Below, piece by piece: positions 58,058-64,000 of a DNA stretch of 64,000 nt (position 1 is the stretch's first letter; each line of letters begins with the position of its first letter). Source of the stretch: an uncultured Candidatus Saccharibacteria bacterium (GTDB lineage: Bacteria > Patescibacteriota > Minisyncoccia > Phycocordibacterales > JACOZG01); NCBI GenBank assembly GCA_964648765.1, contig CAZYLF010000001.1:79042-143041 (forward strand). The letters run 5' to 3'. The notes under the pieces are model-generated. The model worked only from the letters and a program-made list of their open reading frames with translations. It was not told where the DNA came from and made no database searches. The position numbers and the translations under genes were made by a program.

Positions 58058-58107
58058 AAAAAAATCCGTAGCTTGCGCCCGGACAATCGTAAATCGAACC
58101 TGTCCCC
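58058..58107 (-). promoter_or_regulatory. Putative attenuator in the nusA leader
   Basis: TCCG-GGC-GCAA-GCT-A-CGGA then U7; alternative GGACA/TGTCC pairing overlaps its 5' arm. Confidence 0.5.
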
Positions 58108-58146
58108 ATGAGCTTATCATAACCAAGGGTGGTTGTCAAAATCAAG

Positions 58147-58905
58147 TTAATGAGATTTAGAGGCTCCCCAGAGGCCATCAAACCAAGCCTGCATGGTCTG
58201 GTGATGTTCTTTAGACGTAATAATTACCGCATAACTATTTTTGATAGATGAAACATAGAGTGTTTTGTTGTCATAGAGGAAAACCGTAGTTTCAAATTTA
58301 CCTTGCATTGCGGCGGGTAATATTTTTATTTGTGACAGTTCTGTATAGTATTGCTTGATTAGCTCCTGGTTTATTGGCTCTTCCCAAAGATTTTTTGTTT
58401 TGATATTTCTCCGTACGCGTTCTTCCACAAATGTTTCCACAAAATCTTTACCAACCTGCCAAAAGAAATTTGCTTTTGGAACAACAGAGTAAATTTGCTT
58501 ATTTTTGCAATAAAGCATATCCATCACCACATTTTTTACCGCTTCAACTCCCTCGAAAAAAGCAACACTCGGTTTTTGTTCAGGTAAAATTTTAGTTTCA
58601 AGTGAAGGAATAATCGAAATAATTCGGTCTCTTAATTTGTTGGCCTCCAGAGCTTTTTCTTCAGCGAGCATTATTAATCTCTTTGAGGATTCAATTGTAA
58701 ATTTTTTGTCGCCCTCCAGTCCCGTTTTGCTAATCAGTCCGCGTTTTTCTAAACAACCGAGAGCGTAATAGACGGTTGGGCGCTTTAATCTCGTGGCTTT
58801 AAGTAGGTCTCGGGCCGTTTGTGCTCCAGAAGTCATTGCTAAATATACAGTAATCTCTGAGTCACTCAATCCTAGCTGTGAAAGGTACTTTCTTGGTTCT
58901 TGCAT
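58147..58905 (-). CDS. TrmB family transcriptional regulator
   Basis: LGLSDSEITVY, RPTVYYAL..L..RGLI, FFEGVEAV. Confidence 0.88.
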   Translation of the reverse strand: MQEPRKYLSQLGLSDSEITVYLAMTSGAQTARDLLKATRLKRPTVYYALGCLEKRGLISKTGLEGDKKFTIESSKRLIMLAEEKALEANKLRDRIISIIPSLETKILPEQKPSVAFFEGVEAVKNVVMDMLYCKNKQIYSVVPKANFFWQVGKDFVETFVEERVRRNIKTKNLWEEPINQELIKQYYTELSQIKILPAAMQGKFETTVFLYDNKTLYVSSIKNSYAVIITSKEHHQTMQAWFDGLWGASKSH

Positions 58906-59005
58906 GGTAAAAATTTATATTTGTATAGTGGTTATTATACATGATTGACGCTTTTTAGCAATCTGATAAGGTGTGGAAAGTCAGTTCTTTAAAAAGGAGA
59001 GTGTT

Positions 59006-59605
59006 ATGGATCCATTTGGGCTTACTGGCAATATCGGCTGTGGTAAAAGCACGGTTTCTCGGCTACTTTTGTCGCATGGTGACGTACTGGTTCTAGATAG
59101 CGATAGATTGGCTAAAGAGGTTATTTCCTCAAATATGAACCATGGGCAAATAAATGAAATTCTGGGGAGTGAGGTTTATGCTGGCGTCCCAGATTACAAA
59201 CTCATTGCTCAAATAATTTTTTCAGCACCCGATAGAAGAAGGATGCTGGAAGAATTTATTCATCCAAAGGTTTGGGAGGAAATTCAAAGAAGAATGCATC
59301 AAAAGCCTTTCAGGCCAATATGTGTAGTAGAATCGGCGCTAATCTTTGAGCTAGGTTGGGAGAGAAAGTTTTTTGCAACAATTGTTGCAACTTGTGGCGA
59401 GGAAGAACAAATTCGACGTCTTAAGGAGAATCGAGGGATGAGTATGGAAGAAATTATGGCTAGGAAAAGGTTGCAGCTTGATCCTGATGTTGTAAAAAGA
59501 CGAGCAGACTATGTTGTGGACACAGAATGTCCACTCCAGGAGTTGCAAAAACGGGTAGATTGTTTGCATCGGTCACTTATGTGGAGAATGGCAGGGACAC
59601 TATGA
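59006..59605 (+). CDS. coaE: Dephospho-CoA kinase
   Basis: GLTGNIGCGKST, DSDRLA, FIHPKV, ESALIFE. Confidence 0.9.
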   Translation: MDPFGLTGNIGCGKSTVSRLLLSHGDVLVLDSDRLAKEVISSNMNHGQINEILGSEVYAGVPDYKLIAQIIFSAPDRRRMLEEFIHPKVWEEIQRRMHQKPFRPICVVESALIFELGWERKFFATIVATCGEEEQIRRLKENRGMSMEEIMARKRLQLDPDVVKRRADYVVDTECPLQELQKRVDCLHRSLMWRMAGTL

Positions 59606-60096
59606 AAAGAAAAGCTGTGTATGCGGGAACATTTGATCCTCCAACTCTCGGTCATCTTTGGATGGTTGAGCAGGCCTCTGGGTTGTTTGATGAAGTGGTG
59701 ATGGCAATTGGCCAAAATCCAGATAAGAAATCAAGATTTTCTCTCGAAGAGCGTCTTGAGATGCTTGAAAAAATCACTGCTCATTTGCCGAATGTTCGAG
59801 TCACTTCATACTGGAATCAATACCTCGCTTCGTATGCTGGCTCACTTGGAGCGCGGTATATTATCCGGGGTGTTCGTAATAGTGAGGATTATGAGTATGA
59901 AAGGGCAATGCGAAACATTAATGGCGATTTGGGGGCCGCAATTACCACTATTTTCCTGATACCGCCTCGTGAAATTGCTGAAGTGAGCTCGAGTGTGGTA
60001 AAAGGTTTAGTGGGGCCAGTAGGCTGGGAAGATGTTGTTTCAAAGTATGTCCCAGTTCCAGTACTTGAAAAATTGAAGGAGGTGAGGGAAAAATGA
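59602..60096 (+). CDS. coaD: Phosphopantetheine adenylyltransferase
   Basis: YAGTFDPPTLGH, NPDKK, IIRGVR..DYEYE, VSSSVVK; ATGA coupling. Confidence 0.95.
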   Translation: MKRKAVYAGTFDPPTLGHLWMVEQASGLFDEVVMAIGQNPDKKSRFSLEERLEMLEKITAHLPNVRVTSYWNQYLASYAGSLGARYIIRGVRNSEDYEYERAMRNINGDLGAAITTIFLIPPREIAEVSSSVVKGLVGPVGWEDVVSKYVPVPVLEKLKEVREK

Positions 60097-60494
60097 TCGC
60101 AGAACTGTTTGTTTATGCTTTGTTGGGTCACCTGATTGGAGATTTTTTGCTTCAGCCTAAAGAAATGGCTTTGCGTAAGTCCCAATCGGGGAGTAAGGGC
60201 TTGGTGATTTGCACAATGCACGTGTTGGTGTACACCGTCGCTGTTTGCGTGATGATGGGCACATTTAGCCTCCCAATTTTCCTCGGAGTATATGCGCCAC
60301 ATTGGGTAATTGATCGTTGGTCGCTTGCGGATAAGTGGAGTAGGTTGATCCGCGGGCGAACATTTGAAGCTGCTCATGCTTCAAAAGATCAATATCGTGA
60401 ATTCGATATCGCTTTCACTTGTACTGTGTATACGGTGATTGATAGCACTTTCCATCTACTTTGTTTGTTTGCGCTAATTAAGTATGCGGCGTAA
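60093..60494 (+). CDS. DUF3307 family membrane protein
   Basis: GHLIGDFLLQ..MA..K, H..VY, HWVID, DSTFH; ATGA coupling; terminator at 60501-60534. Confidence 0.8.
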   Translation: MIAELFVYALLGHLIGDFLLQPKEMALRKSQSGSKGLVICTMHVLVYTVAVCVMMGTFSLPIFLGVYAPHWVIDRWSLADKWSRLIRGRTFEAAHASKDQYREFDIAFTCTVYTVIDSTFHLLCLFALIKYAA

Positions 60495-60618
60495 GAAGCA
60501 GACCCATGATAATTCAATTATCATGGGTCTTTTTAAAATCTAAATTCGTGAAGTTATCAACATTTAATTGATTAAAATTCTTTGAGTGCACTCGACTTCT
60601 TGTTATGATGTTAGTCAA

Positions 60619-60918
60619 ATGGATGAACAAAATCAAAAGCATCATTATGGAGTAATCGCGGTGGTAGTGGTGGCAGTGATTCTCGCATTAGTTTTTATCG
60701 GCCAAAAATATTTAGGTGAAAAAGAGGGAGTACAATTAAGTGGAGAGTTGAGTGAGGAGGATAGGGAGGCGGTTTTAAATTCACTCTCGGCTAGCACCCC
60801 GTCTCCTCTAACCGCTGAGGAAAAAATAAAAGTGCTGGAGAGTCTAAGTTCCAAAGAGCCAAATCCGATGTCACCCGAAGAACAAGAAGCAGTTTTTAAT
60901 TCATTAATTTCTAATTAG
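60619..60918 (+). CDS. Small single-TM protein with three helical repeats
   Basis: LSEEDREAVLNSLS / LTAEEKIKVLESLS / MSPEEQEAVFNSL. Confidence 0.7.
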   Translation: MDEQNQKHHYGVIAVVVVAVILALVFIGQKYLGEKEGVQLSGELSEEDREAVLNSLSASTPSPLTAEEKIKVLESLSSKEPNPMSPEEQEAVFNSLISN

Positions 60919-60920
60919 TT

Positions 60921-62195
60921 ATGAAATATTTTTTATTTTCAATCTTAATTCTCGCTTTGTTTGTGATCCCCACCCACGCCGCCTATAACCCCCCACCAGG
61001 CAGTGGCCAAGCCCCACTGTGCCCAGATGGCTACCCAGGCTGTAATCCACCTATCGACTCATCAGCTACTCCCCAAATCAAAGATGGTGGCTTAAGCATC
61101 CTCGGCCTCTTCCGCGCTCTCACTGGCATGGTAGTAGGTGGTGCTGCCAACGAAACCCCCAGCCCTAACCTTCTCTTAGATGTTGAGGGTAAAGTTGGTG
61201 CCACTGATTACTGTGATAAGGATGGTAATAATTGTACGAAGGCGGGTAATTTGGGGGGGTTCAAGAACATTTGGTACGCCGACACTAACAGTGTCTTTCT
61301 CCCTAACAACAAACTCACAGCTTCTTCTAATGGCACCTTAACCTTGAGAGGCAACGGCATTACCTTTGCTCATAATGCTGTGGACGCAGATGGTGATGGT
61401 GTTTCTGAGCCAGGGCTTATCCTCAGTGTTACTGGCGGTGGCGTGCAAGGCCCACAAGGACCCCAGGGACCAGTGGGGCCACAAGGGCCACCGGGACAAG
61501 ATGGTAATGGGGCTGGCACAGTCACAAAAGTTAAAGCATCAAAGGGTCTGAAGGCTTGGACTATTGGCGGAAGCCCATTATCTAATGACGAAATCACCTC
61601 ATCTGGTCAAATCGGTTTACAAAATTGCTCAACAGATGGTCAGGTTTTGAAATATGACGCGACAAGTAAGTCATGGAATTGCGCTAGTGATATTGGTGGT
61701 GGAGCTAGTGATAATTTAGGGAATCATGTTGCTGGGCAAGCATTAAAAATGGGAACCCAAAATATTGAGTTTCATAACGGCGGCACTGGCGCTCAGTATA
61801 ACTGGATAACCCAAGACACGACGGCCGCAGACGCTCTGATCATCCAAAGTCCTAAGCTTAGACTTAAGGTTGGTGGCGCTACGGGCGCGATTGGAGCTAG
61901 TGGTCAGGTGTTGACGGTTTCAGGTGGCAACGGCGATGCGGTTTGGAGTGACCCCTTTGCTTCAATGAGAATCTCTGGTCCTTATTCTGCAGATGATGCA
62001 AACAATGACGGCCTGCCTGGCACCCTATCTGCATCTTTAAGCAAGAAATTTTGTTTCCTTACAAGAGTAAACGCTCACGTGACAGACAAAAATCCACAGT
62101 GTTTGATTGGTAAGGGTGGGGCAGGAACCGTGCCACCGTTCGATTGGACTCTCTCTGCTTACTATGCCGATTGTCAGATGTACTGCTTTGATTAG
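60921..62195 (+). CDS. Secreted fibre-like protein with collagen-like repeat
   Basis: Signal peptide; GVQGPQGPQGPVGPQGPPGQDG; GQVLK/GQVLT motifs. Confidence 0.8.
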   Translation: MKYFLFSILILALFVIPTHAAYNPPPGSGQAPLCPDGYPGCNPPIDSSATPQIKDGGLSILGLFRALTGMVVGGAANETPSPNLLLDVEGKVGATDYCDKDGNNCTKAGNLGGFKNIWYADTNSVFLPNNKLTASSNGTLTLRGNGITFAHNAVDADGDGVSEPGLILSVTGGGVQGPQGPQGPVGPQGPPGQDGNGAGTVTKVKASKGLKAWTIGGSPLSNDEITSSGQIGLQNCSTDGQVLKYDATSKSWNCASDIGGGASDNLGNHVAGQALKMGTQNIEFHNGGTGAQYNWITQDTTAADALIIQSPKLRLKVGGATGAIGASGQVLTVSGGNGDAVWSDPFASMRISGPYSADDANNDGLPGTLSASLSKKFCFLTRVNAHVTDKNPQCLIGKGGAGTVPPFDWTLSAYYADCQMYCFD

Positions 62196-62203
62196 TTAGT
62201 TGT

Positions 62204-63742
62204 ATGAGCAATAACAAAAGTCAAAATTTTTTCACTACATTTTTTTTCTTCGTAGTAGTAACTTTTTTTCTACCTTTTTTCACTTTCGCCGCTTGGACAG
62301 TGCCAAGCTCGGCACCTACCCCACCAGGGGTAACTTGCCCAGCATCTGATCCGATGTGCAATATGCCGATTAATGTTTCCGGTGAAGATCAAACCAAAGC
62401 TGGTTCACTGGGAGTCTCGGGTACAACGGTTATTTATAATAATCTCGTGAGTCGCAAGGTGGGAGCTGGCCCCCATTTCCCAGCTCCAGCCGGTGTGGTT
62501 GATCTCGTGGTTGAAAATCAAATTTCAATTAGAGAGAATTGCGACGACTTTATGGTGGACGATGATTGTACAAACTTGATTTTAACTTCTGATGCAAACG
62601 GATTGGCTAGTTGGCTGCCAAGTGGATGGACTTTAAGTGGGACCGATCTTTATGCCAATAATTCAATGTTTCCAGACAATGGCAGTGTGTTGATTGGCAC
62701 AACCATACCAGTTGCAAATGCTAAGTTAACTGTGGCTGGAGCAATTGCCAGGAAGGGCACCACCCTTTATGGTTCAAATTCTTCCACTCACATAAATTTA
62801 GGCAACTCAAGTATTACCGGCACCGCTGCTCAAAATTATTCTGGTGCAACAGTTGGTGGGGGAAATTCTAACAATGCCAGAAATAATTACTCTACTGTGG
62901 CTGGTGGTCAATCAAACACCGCTGGCCAATCGGGTGTCCCGTCTAGCACCCATTCTTTTGTCGGTGGTGGTCAAAACAATGTTGCAAGCGGAGCTTATTC
63001 CGTTGTCCCTGGAGGTTTAAATAATATTGCTGCTGGTAGCCATTCTTTTGCTGCTGGTAGAGGAGCGCAGTTATCTAGTTTAGCCACTAGTACTTTTATT
63101 TTTGATAATAACACTGTTGGTAATCCTCCAGACATCGCCACGGCGAATGCTTTTTTAGTGTTTCCAACTCTTGGTCCAAACTCTGGTTTTACTGGTATTG
63201 GTACGTCTTCCCCAACAGCTAAGTTAGATGTGGTCGGAAAGGTTAGGGCGACTTCGCTTGATGTAAATGGCCTCGTTAAATTGGTCCCTAATTCTTCCAC
63301 TGCTGGTCAAGTATTAACCTCTGACGCATCAGGTAATGCCACCTGGGGTACAGTGACCATCCCCGGGTCTTCTTATCCAGGCAATTCAATTGTCAGAATT
63401 TCTTGTCGCTACAATGCCACCGGTTGTTCTACTGCCGCTGCTGGTGGGGCAAACGTTGTTAGCCCCCCACCTTGTTCTAGTTTGGTAGGTGGTGGGTGGA
63501 TGGAAGTGAGTTCAACCACTGAAGCTGTGGGTTCGGCAATTAACACTGTACGTACTTGTATACGCACCACAGGGATAACTCAAGTTTTATATTTGAAATC
63601 AGGCAGCGGCCCTGTCGCTTGTCCAGGCTCACCATGGAATGCTTTTCCAACGGGCGCTCCAGCCACATCTTTTTATTTTAATGAATGGGTCGGTGGTGGT
63701 GTGTTCGATAGAATATTAATTTGTTATCGTAACCATAGCTAA
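62204..63742 (+). CDS. Secreted tail-fibre/adhesin-like protein
   Basis: Signal peptide; VxGGxxN repeats, GIGTSSPTAKLDV, GQVLTSDASGNATW, Cys-rich tip. Confidence 0.8.
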   Translation: MSNNKSQNFFTTFFFFVVVTFFLPFFTFAAWTVPSSAPTPPGVTCPASDPMCNMPINVSGEDQTKAGSLGVSGTTVIYNNLVSRKVGAGPHFPAPAGVVDLVVENQISIRENCDDFMVDDDCTNLILTSDANGLASWLPSGWTLSGTDLYANNSMFPDNGSVLIGTTIPVANAKLTVAGAIARKGTTLYGSNSSTHINLGNSSITGTAAQNYSGATVGGGNSNNARNNYSTVAGGQSNTAGQSGVPSSTHSFVGGGQNNVASGAYSVVPGGLNNIAAGSHSFAAGRGAQLSSLATSTFIFDNNTVGNPPDIATANAFLVFPTLGPNSGFTGIGTSSPTAKLDVVGKVRATSLDVNGLVKLVPNSSTAGQVLTSDASGNATWGTVTIPGSSYPGNSIVRISCRYNATGCSTAAAGGANVVSPPPCSSLVGGGWMEVSSTTEAVGSAINTVRTCIRTTGITQVLYLKSGSGPVACPGSPWNAFPTGAPATSFYFNEWVGGGVFDRILICYRNHS

Positions 63743-63743
63743 A

Positions 63744-64000
63744 ATGATTATTAAGTTAACAAAAATTTTACTCTTGTCTGCCTGTTTGGTGTTTGTTTTT
63801 TCAACTAATGTGGGTGCTGTATGGACTGTCCCAAATTTACCAGCCAATCCATCCCCAATTTGTACTACGAGTTCATCCTGCAAGACACCAGTTAATGTTT
63901 CTCAATCATCCCAAGTTAAACCTGGCTTACTAAATCTTTTAAACCCAAGTGGGACATTGCCCACTTTTGTTGGCTTCTCCTCACTTTTTAGTACAACCAC
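63744..64000 (+). CDS. Third fibre-family secreted protein; runs off the window edge
   Basis: MIIKLTKILLLSACLVFVFSTNVGAVWTVP..PICTTSSSCKTPVNVSQSSQVKPGLL. Confidence 0.7.
   Translation, partial: MIIKLTKILLLSACLVFVFSTNVGAVWTVPNLPANPSPICTTSSSCKTPVNVSQSSQVKPGLLNLLNPSGTLPTFVGFSSLFSTT

Noticed and set aside
1-64000. Alternative genetic code (UGA=Gly)
   Set aside because: Conserved genes are intact under code 11, and TGA acts as the stop in ATGA overlaps.

Overview
Chromosomal window from a Patescibacteria/CPR (Parcubacteria-like) bacterium, standard code 11. The lineage call is inferred from the CPR-type PrgI/VirB6-like secretion locus, a trigger factor lacking its FKBP domain and largely leaderless core genes. 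Core genes are rsmA, pcrA/uvrD, comM, rpsO, xer, cca, alr, HU, rny, clpP, tig, ppa and nusA, plus six tRNAs. Two accessory tracts (~18.4-35.7 kb and ~38.5-50.2 kb) are built from self-contained transcription units: promoter, boxA-like GTTCTTTGAAAA leader, strong SD and intrinsic terminator. Most interesting: (1) a translationally coupled six-gene operon encoding a long coiled-coil protein, an unknown protein, a classical AAA+ ATPase, a DUF6638-like protein and two membrane proteins, possibly an uncharacterised membrane-remodelling or defence machine; (2) a J-domain pseudokinase / vWA / rewired adenylosuccinate-synthetase-like operon; (3) a six-member divergent paralog family, three copies starting exactly 935 bp apart; (4) a ~190-nt structured ORF-less transcription unit; (5) pyrDC and coaED-DUF3307 modules, unusual for CPR. 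Family names come from motif recognition, not database searches.
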